Assembly (NCBI GenBank): GCA_964016885.1
Contig: OZ024740.1
Location: forward strand, 192,882,001 to 192,946,000
Direction of reading: 5' to 3'
Source: Eledone cirrhosa
Lineage: Eukaryota
DNA length: 64,000 bases
The notes beneath the pieces are model-generated. The model was not told where the DNA came from. It saw only the letters and a list, made by a program, of their open reading frames with translations, and ran no database searches. Shown here in pieces: positions 41,095 through 53,561 of this stretch. Positions within the stretch are counted from its first letter, which is position 1; each line of letters begins with the position of its first letter. The position numbers and the translations under genes were made by a program.

Positions 41095-43155
41095 CTTCTT
41101 CTTCTTGTCGTATGGCATATGTACAAAGGTGAGAGACGGGTAAAAATGACTGAGTCAGATTAAGGCATCATTTGTAGTATTATGGAATGCCTCCAGGCCA
41201 CCAGCACTGTTTGGTCTGGGTACCCACAGTCACAACCTGAGCTGTCTTTAATTTTCCATTGATGGAGATGATTGGATGTCCTGGCATGTGTTGTACTGAT
41301 CCGATTATAGGACACCAATTGCTTACTAAGAAGGTCGAAACCGGATGATTTAGATGTGGGGGCCTGGACAAGGTTTTGGTTGGCAAATTTAGACTCATTC
41401 CATGACATTCGCTACTCTTTCTTCAGATTAAATTTGTCTTGAAATGACTTCATTCATTTCCAGAATGGTTTGTGTGATCTGAAGCGCATGCTGGAAAGGT
41501 TTTCCAGGTCTTCGTGGGGGGAAATCTGGCTTCGACCTGGTTAGAAGTGCTGTCTCATGATTGATGCCACCTGTGAGAAGGAGCTATATGTGAAATGGTT
41601 GTCAATGTCAGTGTGTCATATACTATTCTCATTGCCGAGATGAGTATGGTGTCAACCTGCTTACCATGGCAACATCCTGCCCAAGCGTCCTTGCCTAGCA
41701 CTTGATGATAAGACAGGTTTCCAGGATTACAGGATGGCGTTGACCTTGGCTTCTCTGCAGATCTTCGGGGTAAATCTAGTTGAGTGGTTGACAGTGAAGA
41801 ACGAAGCCAGTCTGTCTCGAGCATGTGAACTGAGATTCTTAAAGAATGCAGGATAGATGTCATCAATTCCTGCTGCCTTGCCTGCTTTGATGGATGAAAG
41901 GCCAGTGTCTCTCTCACTTATGGTGTCAGGTCTAGCAAGTGTGGTACTTTTCGGTAGGAGGCTACTGAGAGATTCTCACGAACTTCTTGGCGTGCTTCTT
42001 TAGTTGAAGGTACTTTGGAGTTGCGATGTAGGCATTGTGCAACTGCATTAACATTTACTTTTGGTGGCTGGTGCTGAACGGGAGATTCTGCACCATATCA
42101 CCTAAAGAGATTCCATGTTTTCCTGATAGAATGAGTGAAATCCCATTCTTCCACCATTTCCTACCAGTGCGTCCGTCTAGCCGAGTCAAGAGATTGTAAG
42201 TGTTCTGCAGCAATATTTGTATCACATGAGGCCTCATAGCTTTTGGAAAGCTCTTCAGTTTCTGTGAGCCAGGAAGGGAGTTTAAAATTGACGGAAGTCT
42301 CAACTGAAGTGTGTGATGGCAGCGTCCGTCAAAATGTTACAAAACGGAGTATAATGTTTGGGAATAAGTTCTAAGTAGTGGATTTGTTGCCCTACCTCTG
42401 AGCTGAAGGATTCTCAATAAACCTTCCAACGTGGTAATCTCTATGCCGATGCGTATCACCGCTGGTCTATGTTGGCTGTGGGGGAAGTGGAGGGGGAGGA
42501 TCTTAAGAGACGCCTGAACAAGACATGCATTTGGAGAGGTAGAAGAGATCTAGGTTTTAATGTTTCTTCCAACGACTAGAATGGAACTTGCCATGTTGTT
42601 AGGCATCATGGAGAAGATAGCGATCAACGGTGGAAGTCCATGCCTCCAACTGTTTCCCGCCTCGTTGTTCATAGCGTAGCCCCATGAAGAGTGGTGTCTG
42701 TAGAAGTCACTAACATGTTGCTCCCGATGGGAGTGGGCTTACAAAGTAGGTGAGGACCAAGTATTTGGCGGCTTGTAGATATTAATTGTGGGCAGGTCCC
42801 CGACGCTCACAGTAGTGCTAAATATATCATCCCTGCACGATTCCTGAAGAACAGACAATTCTGTAATAGCATGCCTGATGTAATTGACAAGACCCTATTT
42901 CCAGAGGGGTGCTGCAGCAATGAGCTTGTACCAACAGACGCGAAGTTTAGAGCAGCTCTTGACATCACCAATATGGATTTCTTGTACTAATATGTTACTG
43001 TTTTAGCCAGGTAGTCGCATTTCGTTCTCATCATACCTTCTGCGTCAGGAAGGTTGGCCCTTAGAATGGTCAGTTGGGTGATGACTCATAAGAGTCATGA
43101 CCAAAAGGATGTTGATAACAAAGCAACGTGATTGTATAAGTTGGGCATATATCGA
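41095..43155 (-). mobile_element. Vingi/Ingi-like LINE, internally deleted
   Basis: AP-endonuclease remnant near the 5' end (IYKPPNTW); C-terminal GFDL..NRI..LHQWKIKDSSGCDCGYPDQT; 3' end gccatacgacaagaagaagaag. Confidence 0.65.
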
Positions 43156-43560
43156 GCAATGATATTAGCTGGAGACGCACAGTGAACGTGATATGTTGTC
43201 ATCTGCCAGCTGCAATAAAAGACAAACGAGCAAAACTATCCGTTGTTGTTATATGTTTTACGATGAGAACAAAGCGCATTAATAGCATATGCCATGGCTC
43301 ATTACGAAGAATACTTGAGAAACGTGTCATCCACTGAAAATATGCATCATCATTCGCTCCCTACACGAAATGAAGTATTTAGTTACATCACACAGGTCAG
43401 CATCACCTCTGTTTGAGACAATAGCTGGTTTGAAGCAAGATTTCCCCGCATCAACGCTCTTCTCATTATACTTGTATGTTGTTCATCTCGCTGCTATAAA
43501 TGCAGCCTCTTCATGTGGCAACAAAAACTGGGGTACGATTGAAGTGTTTTCAATCAAAAC
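43156..43560 (+). mobile_element. continuation of the interrupted RTE LINE (RT region)
   Basis: RT-like FETIAGLKQDFPASTLFSLYL (GVKQGC..P.LF-like). Confidence 0.55.
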
Positions 43561-45109
43561 AGTTTCTTGTCAAAATATAAAACATAAACGAATATCATAT
43601 CAGAAATGCACAATGCGGATGAGAAGATTCTATCTGTTTATGATCAAATTCACCCTTGACAAACAACCCACTATTAGTTCTCAACATATGAAACTACTAG
43701 TACTTTATATAAACAGCAATTATATTACCCAATACGGGGAGGATTGGCTGAGTTGTTAGGTCGTCGTACAAAATGCTTTGTCATAATCGTTTTGGCTCTT
43801 TGCCCTTTATGCCCTTTTTGCCCTTTACTTTTCATCCATTCAAGGTCGAAAATAAAGTACCAGTCTAGTACAGTACTAGGGTCAATTCTTCCCCTTTATC
43901 TATTTCTCACTTCCATTTTCTAGCTCTCTACCCTTCTCTTGAAGAAATCTCCTGTATATAGATCAGGAGATGATATAGACACCACCAGATTTATACAATG
44001 CCCTACAAACGCCGTATGTCAATACGGGGCCCCTATGACACTCTCAGGAGGTACTTGATTATACATGCCCAAAATATTGTCCCAAAATATTGTCGTAAGT
44101 TATGAATAACCTTTTATAGGTCAAGCAATTCTTTTTTGATCGCTGATTCACACTATCCCTCACCTGTGGATGTGCGTGTACTGCTCTATAACGGGCAATG
44201 TAATCTTATTTTTTATTACTGTTAATAAATCAGTATTCCAGAAACCGACCGAAGGAATCTGTAACTCAGGCTGACGGCCATGGCTTCAACGATCGGAGCA
44301 ACGCATCATGTAACGTCTAGGGGAAATGTAAAAATAAGTTGAGAATTCGATGAGTATAGGCGAGCTCATTTTTGAATAGTACGTAGTGTATATTCACTGA
44401 TGTGATTGCTTGACTTTAAAAGATTTATTTCCCGCAGATGTAAATCTTCCAATATAAGCCGTTACATTCATTAACACTAATGAGGTACAGGATGTAATGC
44501 CAAATCTGTGAGTTGCTTTAAGAAACATGGTTTGATACCTTAAACTCTGATCACACTAATGAAAACCATTAGTAAATTAACCCTTATGAATAAATATTTA
44601 CGAGCGTCCACAACACATGGCAGATTAAATAATTTGGAGAATTTATCATTAGAAAGTTATAATGTAAAAGGATAGATATAGAAGATGATTTGAAAGAATT
44701 TGCAGATGTTTAACTTTATAGGATGTATGCTTTTCAGAAGCCGATTCTTAGTACATTTATTAAAAAATTCGATGTCTACTGGAGTTCAATCACAGCCGTT
44801 GGCCATACCATACTCCACACCGTGCTTGTCTATCACGTGAATAAGTCTATATTATTCTCAATAATGTAGATACGGTTATGCCTGTTCTAGATATATGTAC
44901 ACATATGTGAAAATACAATTCTGTATTTGAAAGGTCCACATTATCTTCTTTATACCTATGCCAGCATAATTGATACAGTTGAAACGATTTTGAAGCCAAA
45001 AGAGTGAAATTTATTTGACAAGGATAAATGGGCAGCTTAATTACATTTTCAGTACCCACCATGTAGTTTCCAGTTGTTGTCTTCCTGTTTCTTCTACAAC
45101 AACTACAAC

Positions 45110-45385
45110 GGTACACGATGGGGCCCACCCACATCCCCAGGCGGACAGAATGGAGAAGGCGTTTCCCGGAGGACGGCTCGATCTGGAAAGGGAAGCATTC
45201 AGCGTCCAAGCCATGCTTAATGACCTCGTTGAGGGCAGCATTGCGTGGAATGCGGCTGCACTGTGGCGATAGGAAAGCGGGTGGAAGCCGAAATAGTCCA
45301 CGGTGGAACCGCAGTGACATTGGTGTGGCTGGCAGATCCGGAGGCCGAGTGAAAGTGTGCCGAAATTTCGTTTGCCCGAGGCATT
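45110..45385 (-). mobile_element. CRE-like element fragment (zinc-knuckle/RLE region)
   Basis: RIPRNAALNEVIKHGLDAECFPFQIEP resembles RH..LN.VIKRAL...EP; a related GC-rich piece lies at 52240-52330. Confidence 0.55.
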
Positions 45386-45878
45386 AATCTCCTCATTCTA
45401 AATGCTCCCTAAGGTTTTTCTCCTTTGCCTACCTACACTTCGATGCTCCGTTTATGCATTTAGGTGAGACCGAGTGCACTGCAACACATTAATAATCGAA
45501 TTCCTTAAATTAGTAATCAAGTAAAGGATTATAATTTATATCCTGGAAACGGTCAATATCACTCAACCTCCTAACCTTATCTTTCTCCACAGTCATATAT
45601 ATGTACACACACATACGCACGCACACACACACACACTCACACACACACACACTCACACACATGCTCAGACACACACATCCACACACATATATATATATAC
45701 AGTAAAAATAATAAATGTGAAGACTAAAATCCGAAAAGGGCTCAATAAGGATAACATATATATAAATATATAAAACCATATATATATATATATGCAAAAG
45801 TTTTATTTAAAATTGTTGGGTTATAACAAGTAAATATTTTATAAGTGATATAAAGCACTCGACAAGTTTTTGGAGTAG

Positions 45879-46255
45879 ATATACGATATTAAACAAATGG
45901 AAACTATATTTATAAAACCATATTTATTTCATTATACATATTTCGGGGATACCATATTAAAAATATGGCATGCCTTCGTCAGATAAAATAGAATATATAA
46001 ACAGTTTTATAAATAATTTTGACGTACCATAAATATGAGCGACCCTTATATAGGAAGCTGGTTTGGTTTAAACCAGCTTCCTATATAAGGGTCGCTCATA
46101 TTTATGGTACGTCAAAATTATTTATAAAACTGTTTATATATTCTATTTTATCTGACGAAGGCATGCCATATTTTTAATATGGTATCCCCGAAATATGTAT
46201 AATGAAATAAATATGGTTTTATAAATATAGTTTCCATTTGTTTAATATCGTATAT
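45879..46255. repeat. perfect inverted repeat, 186-bp arms, 5-nt spacer
   Basis: 45879-46064 is the reverse complement of 46070-46255; no mismatch found by eye. Confidence 0.95.
46152..46199 (+). ncRNA. hammerhead-ribozyme-like motif (Penelope pLTR type); mirror copy at 45935-45982 on the minus strand
   Basis: CTGACGA-[stem GCCATATT/AATATGGT]-GAAA-TATG-TA. Confidence 0.45.
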
Positions 46256-46273
46256 ACATATATATATATATAT

Positions 46274-46334
46274 ATAGGAACAAGTAAGACCCCGACGGCT
46301 TGAGCTCAGCCGTCGGGGTCTTACTTGTTCCTAT
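46274..46334. repeat. perfect 27-bp-arm hairpin
   Basis: ataggaacaagtaagaccccgacggct / agccgtcggggtcttacttgttcctat. Confidence 0.95.
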
Positions 46335-46411
46335 TAACCACTCTACTACCCTAAGTATTGAGTACTTTGGTGCGTTATGGTCCACCTGGTTCCTTACCAC
46401 ATTTCCTTCGT

Positions 46412-46440
<29 letters not shown>

Positions 46441-46443
<3 letters not shown>

Positions 46444-46512
46444 GAGTTCGATTCCTCGACCAGGCGATGCGTTATGTTCTTGAGCAAGACACTTTATTTC
46501 ACTTTGCTCCTT
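46441..46512 (+). mobile_element. CORE-type SINE fragment
   Basis: gagttcgattcc then gttcttgagcaagacactttatttcac. Confidence 0.6.
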
Positions 46513-46568
46513 CTACCTGGAGTTGCGTCCGATAGATAGTATTATCAATTGGAAAGATCGTTCCTAAA

Positions 46569-46602
<34 letters not shown>

Positions 46603-48170
46603 ATATATATATATATGTGTGTGTGTATTCATAGCGTAATTTAATGCATTTTAATTCTGTTTTTTCTGTTCAATACATTTCGACATTTCGGGGAGTTCTG
46701 TAATGGTTGAAATAAAACAAAATTCGTTCGTATGTTTGAGATAAATATTTCTTGATATTTCTATTTCAGCTTAATTATAGATCAATCAATGTTGAACCAT
46801 AACATCTATCAGCAAATATGTAACTGGAGAACAGTCAACAATGGTGTTTAGTGAATCTCCAAACCGAATGAAAAATAAAAACTAATATACGGTAAGTAAG
46901 TTTCGTACAGTCTCACTAACGTTGTTAATTGCGATTCATCAAACTGACATTCGTGCATCCTCATATAGTTCTGTACGTTAACTCTGACCCACTTTGATTA
47001 AAGATTCATCAATAAATATTTATGTAAACATACTCAATAAAATTAACCCAGTTTCCGTTCTTGCTAACATTGTGTATTATATTACACTTTCAGAATATGT
47101 GTCTACATTATATTTTGTCACATAATCAGTAGCAGAATGACGTATAACTCTTCATTTCCCCCTTTGTTTTGTCCTTTTCCTTCATATCATCATTTTGTAT
47201 CTACTAAAATACACATCACACTATCTCTCATTCTCTTTCTCACTCTCTGTCTATAGCTATATGACTCTTTCCTCCTGCATTTTTGGACACATACATACAC
47301 GCATACCGGACAAAATTTCGTTTGAAATTAATGAAAACCTTTCTAGGTTAGCGGCGTGGGAATCAGCCGAAGACATGATTTACAAGACTGGAATGAGCGA
47401 ATTGTTCTGAACTGTTTTTGTTAGTTTGGTACGGACATGCTCTTTCTCGAGTATCCCTAGTCGTGCAGTTAGTTACCTCCAACATATGTATGACTATGGG
47501 TTTTTTATTGAGATATTTCCCCTCTGAGGTGTAAGTCCCGGCAAGGTTTTTCTTTTGCAGAAGACCAACAGCTTTCTTTAAATACTAATGACCCCTCTCC
47601 ACGCCACCAATGTTGTCCAACGTAAAAGGCTAAGGCTGATACAGCTTGCCACACACATTTATAAAATTTACTGTTTGTACATAGATTTGCATAGTGGAGC
47701 ATTCAACATTTTGTTTCCCACCACTATAGTGCAAATTATTCGTATTTGTGTGCCTTCACTTATGAGAAATAGGATTTCAAATCTCTATCATACAAAAGGT
47801 AATGCAGTATTAATATGAATTGATTTCATTTATTCCCTTTCGCTTTGTAGTTGGTCAGTGGGTAATGCGAATCGGTTACACGAGTGATCCTTGTCTCTGC
47901 GTTCTGAATTCTAACCATCTCATGTCCACTTTGCCTATAATCCTTGCGGGGTTTATAAAGTAAGCACATCCCTATTGGGATGCAGCCTTCATTCCAGACA
48001 CACGCCACAACCTGGATGTTCCAATAGATCAAGAATGAAAGGGTTGAGAAGATTTCAGTGTCGGCTCAGGACGGCATGGATACCTAAAACTTTTAGCATG
48101 GTACATGTCACCAAGCCATAGCCAATTTCAATGACTAGTATGTAGGTATGTATGTATGTATGTATGTATC

Positions 48171-49343
48171 CCAGTACAACCTGTCCCATGGTCGGGCCGT
48201 TGGCGACTAAACTGGCAACCCCACCAAGGTTTCTTGGTGAGGAGGGTGACTTTGGACATCCTGCAGGACTAAAAACAAAACCTGTCAAAGGGCAAAGGAC
48301 CTTTTAAGAATCAATGTCCATCCAAAATCACCGGGAGAGATGACCCCTTAGCCTTTGTCAAGGCAGAATTCTAGGAGAAGGAAAACTCTGATATAACACC
48401 TGCAACCCTGATGGTATCCAATGATGTTGACTTGTTCTTCTTTTTGGTAAATATCATCTTGGTTAAGAGAGTGGGACTGGCTCTGTGCAGTGCCTTTGCT
48501 CAATATAAATGCTTCACGGCACAGGCATTGCTTTATATCTGGAGATCTCTCTGCACTTGTCGTCACATGGTGCCATGGGCCCAGCACTATGTGTCAATAA
48601 TTGTCACAGGTGTAGTGTTTGTACCAGAGTTTTCAAGTCGCTGGCTGGACTAAAAAGTCATACTTGTTTAGCGCATCGGTAGGGGTTCTCCTTCATGGAT
48701 ATAAAGTAGTGGCCGTACTCGAAAACGAGTTGGCAGCCACCATGTATGTATGTATGTATATTTTAATATATGTTGGGTCACTCTTGAGTGCTACTGGTAA
48801 CATGTAACTCAGTACAACCTGTCGCATGGCCGGCAACCCCACCAAGTTTACTTGCTAAGGAGGGTGATTTTGGCACCTCACAGGACAAAAAAATAAAAGC
48901 TGACAAATGGCGGAAGAACTTATGAGTCAACGCTTATGAAAAAATGTGTAAATATGTATATACATATGTATATATGTTTATATGTATATATGTATATATA
49001 TGTATGCATGTGTATATACGCAGGGACATAGAAATAATCGGGCTGGATACCTGTTCGCGCCGTTAAACCACTGGGAGTGAAGGACACCTAGCCTTTGTCT
49101 GGACATTCTTCTAGGTGAAGGCAACTCAGGAAACTGAGGCTTAGTAGTAACCTATGATGTTGATCTTTTCTTCTTTTCGGGTTATAGCTACTGTCACTCA
49201 GACGGTGGGATTGGCTCAGTGCGGAGTCTTTCCTCACTTAAAACAAATCCTCCCGCACAGGCATTGCACAATGGCATTAATTGATAAGTATTAACAATGG
49301 TATATAGTGCAATGGCCATACTCGATAACGAGGGGGCAGCCAT
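48171..49343 (+). mobile_element. two tandem copies (48171-48741, 48809-49343) of a ~550-bp non-autonomous element resembling RTE 5' UTRs
   Basis: Both start cagtacaacctgtc.catgg..ggcaaccccaccaag, contain ctagg.gaagg.aaactc and end aacgag..ggcagcca.cat followed by TATG/AT-rich sequence. Confidence 0.65.
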
Positions 49344-49629
49344 CATATTTTAATATGTACGCGTATGTATGTTAACATACGTCGGCACAGGCATAATTGT
49401 GTTGTTTATAAGTTCTCAACAACTACGAGGTTCCAGATTTAATCATATAAGGTACTGGCGGCTCTATCATAACTAAGAGATGGCCCCAGTCTATTGCGCC
49501 TGTGGTTTTGTAATTGGAAACGATCCGGTGCAGAACCCTATCATGTGTTTGTAATATAAATACATACATACTTACATACACATATATATATATGTGTGTG
49601 CGTGTGTGTGTGCATGCTACATCAGACAC

Positions 49630-49671
<42 letters not shown>

Positions 49672-50544
49672 CAGTGTGTATGTGAGAGTGTGTGATGCTG
49701 TAATTATCAATGAGAAAACTCGATATACCGGTGCTGTCCTCTGATGTCTCTTGGGATATCTGTTCCGCGCTATTTGCACTGTCAATCCTTTGTTACACTT
49801 ACTTTCGTAAATGATGTGAACCAAACGATGGTCCATTGGATACATGTAACTAATAACCCCACCGTTCACAAAACACCATATGAAAAGTATAAATAGAAAA
49901 ATATATATGTTTGTATAGTCAAATCTGTTCAGCGACGCCGTATTACGTTCTGGACAGTGATACGTTACTATATTTAGTTTTGTTAAGCATAATATTTACC
50001 GAATACAAATGATGGCAATGCTGGTTGTTGTTTCCCCTTTCATCCATCGAGATTATAATAGATAAAATTAATCGATCAGTAAATTGATCGATCAGTTGAG
50101 CATAGTTTTCTATTATAGAAATTATATTTTCTCGAATATATATACTTCTGCTAGTGTGCGGTAATCATGTAGTGTAAATTTATGTTCTCTCTGGAGAAAT
50201 GAGTACATAATTTACTTTCTCTTTTCACTTGAATGAGCTTTACTTATGCTGATAATATCTACTTTAAATATATGAATATCACACAATTTAGCTTTCAATA
50301 GAAATTGTAACATAAAAAACAAAAACATTAAACAAGACATTGAGGAGATGTGTATGCTACGGCGGTGTGTGTATGTCAAAGAGCTAGAAGCAATTTCACT
50401 GGATTAGGAATGGAAATACAAATATGTATGTGTGTTCATGCGTGTGCATATATATATATATGTTTGTATTCATCTGTGTGTGCATGTGTGTACGTAGGTA
50501 TATATATATATATATGTACATATGTGTAAATATATATATATATG

Positions 50545-50553
50545 TGTAGAGAA

Positions 50554-50613
<60 letters not shown>

Positions 50614-50670
50614 AGAGAGAGAGATAAAGGGAGAGAGAGAGACAGAGAGAGACAGAGGGAGAGAGAGAGA
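50545..50670. repeat. (AG)n microsatellite
   Basis: Seen directly. Confidence 0.95.
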
Positions 50671-50726
50671 TGTCAACATGAATGGACCTGTTATTTTTAT
50701 CTAAAGATTTTCTTTTTCTCATTCTT

Positions 50727-50763
50727 TCTTCTGATGAAGGACTAGCGTCCGAAACGTTAAGAC
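50727..50763 (+). ncRNA. minimal hammerhead-like motif in a Penelope-type pLTR relic
   Basis: tctt-CTGATGA-aGGAC-TAGC-GTCC-GAAA-CGTT-aaga; homologous degenerate copy at 55359-55392 with a shared ~80-bp downstream sequence. Confidence 0.55.
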
Positions 50764-51113
50764 CCGCTTCCTGCTATATCAAGCTTTAACCTAATATTTA
50801 TCTTCCATATACTGAACCGTTTGTGTTGTTATTTCTGTTTACCTTTTACATATATATATATAAAGAAGTGTGCTATCAGCCGAAGTCTGCGATAAAGTTA
50901 TGTGTATACACACAGAGTTGGGAACAAATATAGCGCCAATATGTATATAAACAAGCCAGAAAATATAAGTTTCTATTGTGCGACATTTAATCGATTTTCG
51001 GACTTCAGAAGTCGGGTATATCATCCATACAACCACATGGATACATGTATTTGTTGGGCTTATATACCCATTCATTCTCATTATTATTCTGAATTGCACG
51101 ATATGACATTATT

Positions 51114-51303
51114 GGCGGTGGATTGGCAGTATAGATAGAGGGTCGGACGCCATACTTTGCAGCATAGAGTTATGTCCGTTTACGGACTGATTTCAAATCC
51201 CGCCGAGGTTAACTTTGCCTTTCATCCTTACGGGGTTGATAAAATAAAGTACCAGTAACGTACAGAGTAATTGCTGGCCTTGTGCCAAACGTAGAAAGAA
51301 TTA
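51114..51303 (+). mobile_element. Meta-domain SINE
   Basis: Full consensus. Confidence 0.88.
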
Positions 51304-52758
51304 TTCTGAACTAGACATATTCTATTGTGGTTGTCTTTTGTAGTCCCATCTCATCATTGGTTGTGCAAATTACCTTCCTTTCATCGTTTGATATTAAGTA
51401 ATTTATGTGAGGATTATTTGATTGTTGTTCTTTGCATGTCACGTGAACACATTGAGGCGTTCTCCTTGGGTAAGTGTATGTGTGCGTAAATGCGTTCGTG
51501 TATGCATTCCTGTATGTGTGCGTGAATGTATGTATGAATATATTGCTTGCTAAATACTTTTTTCTTCAACCAAATAACATTCTCTTTATCTCAATATTTT
51601 CGCTTTCTCTCATGTCTTTCCTCATCGGCATTAATTATATATATGGTTTATATACGCCAGTCAATGACGTTTAGTAATTTATAAACTAATTAATATACCG
51701 AAATTAAATTTAATTGAGTTCCTAATCAAAGTTCAACAATATGTCAATTATAATTCCTGATTATAATTTTGTATTAATATATTCAACCCAGAGATTATGT
51801 ATCAAATACAACAAACCCGGTGAGTCCAATAAAAATATGTAGTTTTTTTTTTCTGCCAACAATAGTTACTTTACACGTAATATGTCAATATTATCATTTT
51901 AGCCATGCCTATATGGTATACATAATTGTAACAGATCAGATCTAATTAAAGTCAATGTTAATGTTGGGAAATAAATGTATTATAGTTTGTAAGTTGTTTG
52001 TTTATCATCGGCAACTTAATTATTGGTTCTTATATTTGGGATTAAAATTCCTTCATCAGAAGATAAAAATAGGGAAGTGGTTTGGACCTGTGTGTTTTGG
52101 TTGTACAAGATGTAGTTGCGTGAGTGTGTGTCCGTGACATATATACACCAGGTCTGAGCACAAAAGAACCTAACTCACACTTTTACTGCCTCTGTCCCTC
52201 GCAATTCCCCCACCTCTCACTATTATGAGCAAATAAGGGGCCCATGCGCTGGTCACCCCGCGGCCCCCGGGTAGAGAATAGAGAAGGCGTTTCCCCGGAG
52301 GATGGTGAGGGAGATGCACTGGAATAGACATTCGAGCTCGCGAGGCTAAGTACTTGATTAGCACCAGGTCACACTTAGTCAATCGAGCAAACTTATGATC
52401 ATTAATTTTCCAAATATGACCTTCCCGTTAGAATTTTCCAAGGTTCACTTCCCTTTTCAAGATAGTAGGGTGATTTCAAGAATGTTACGTCAGTGTGGAG
52501 AAGCTGTTTCCTTTTTCTCGTTGCCAAGGGAGTACCGCTCTGTTTTCGTTTAATTATAGAGTAAGAGCCTATTGTCATTTAAATGATTGCGCAAAGCTAG
52601 TAAAAGATTCGGGTCAGCAGTAGCATGTAAACACCCAAAGCTAGCAATATGCACAGGCCAAAGTGAAATTTAGGGCCAATATCAGCCTATATGTTATGTC
52701 CATCCTTTTCTGTTCAATGAGGTTATACGCCCAGTGCCATCAGTAGAAACAATTATTT

Positions 52759-52935
52759 TGGCAGTATCGGTAGAGGGTCGGACGCCATGCTTTCCAGCAC
52801 AGTTACGTCCCTTTACGATCTGAGTTCAAATCCCGCCGAGGTTGACTTTGCCTTTCATCCTTACGGGGTAGATAAAATAAAGTACCAGTAATGCGCTGGG
52901 TAATTGCTGGCCTTGTGCCTAAAGTAGAAACAATT
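52759..52935 (+). mobile_element. Meta-domain SINE, young
   Basis: Near identical to the 32595 copy. Confidence 0.9.
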
Positions 52936-53288
52936 ATTAGACTCCTTTATTTAGTCAAACTTACGGCGCAATCTTTTAATTCAATTTCCAAATTCTGCTC
53001 GCTCTTTCCTAAACATGTATTTATTATGTATTTTAATTATCAATTTTCGATACATATGATTTATGTACAGGATACAAGTTACGGGTTACAAATAACAGAG
53101 TAAAGAAATAATCAGAATATGAGCTCTAAGCGTACTAGAACGACGGCCCACTTCGGCACCTTCTATTCTGGCATGGCTATGCATTCAGAACAATTTTCAT
53201 AACAAGTTTACGAATCTGCACGTAGGTGCATATTCGATTATATTGACACAGAAGAAAACAAATCTGAATGACAACATAGTACAGTTAG

Positions 53289-53353
53289 GAATGAAACTAT
53301 ATAAGATAATGAATGAAACTAAATAAGATAAGGAATGAAACTAAATAAGATAA
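53289..53353. repeat. 22-bp tandem repeat x3
   Basis: gaatgaaacta.ataagataa. repeated. Confidence 0.85.
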
Positions 53354-53356
53354 AGG

Positions 53357-53561
53357 TTTCTGATTTAGGCACATGGTCAACAAATGTGAGGGAAGCGAAA
53401 GTCGATTAAACTGAAACCAGTGTATTACTGCTACTTTGTTACTACATTTTATCGACCCCCGTACGGATGAAATATAAAGCTAAAATCAGAACGTAATGGA
53501 CCATAACTCTATGTCGTAAAGCATGTTGTCAGGCTTTCTACCGACACTGCTAATCCACCCC
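53357..53561 (-). mobile_element. older Meta-domain SINE
   Basis: Long-linker form; ttttatcgacccc core. Confidence 0.7.
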
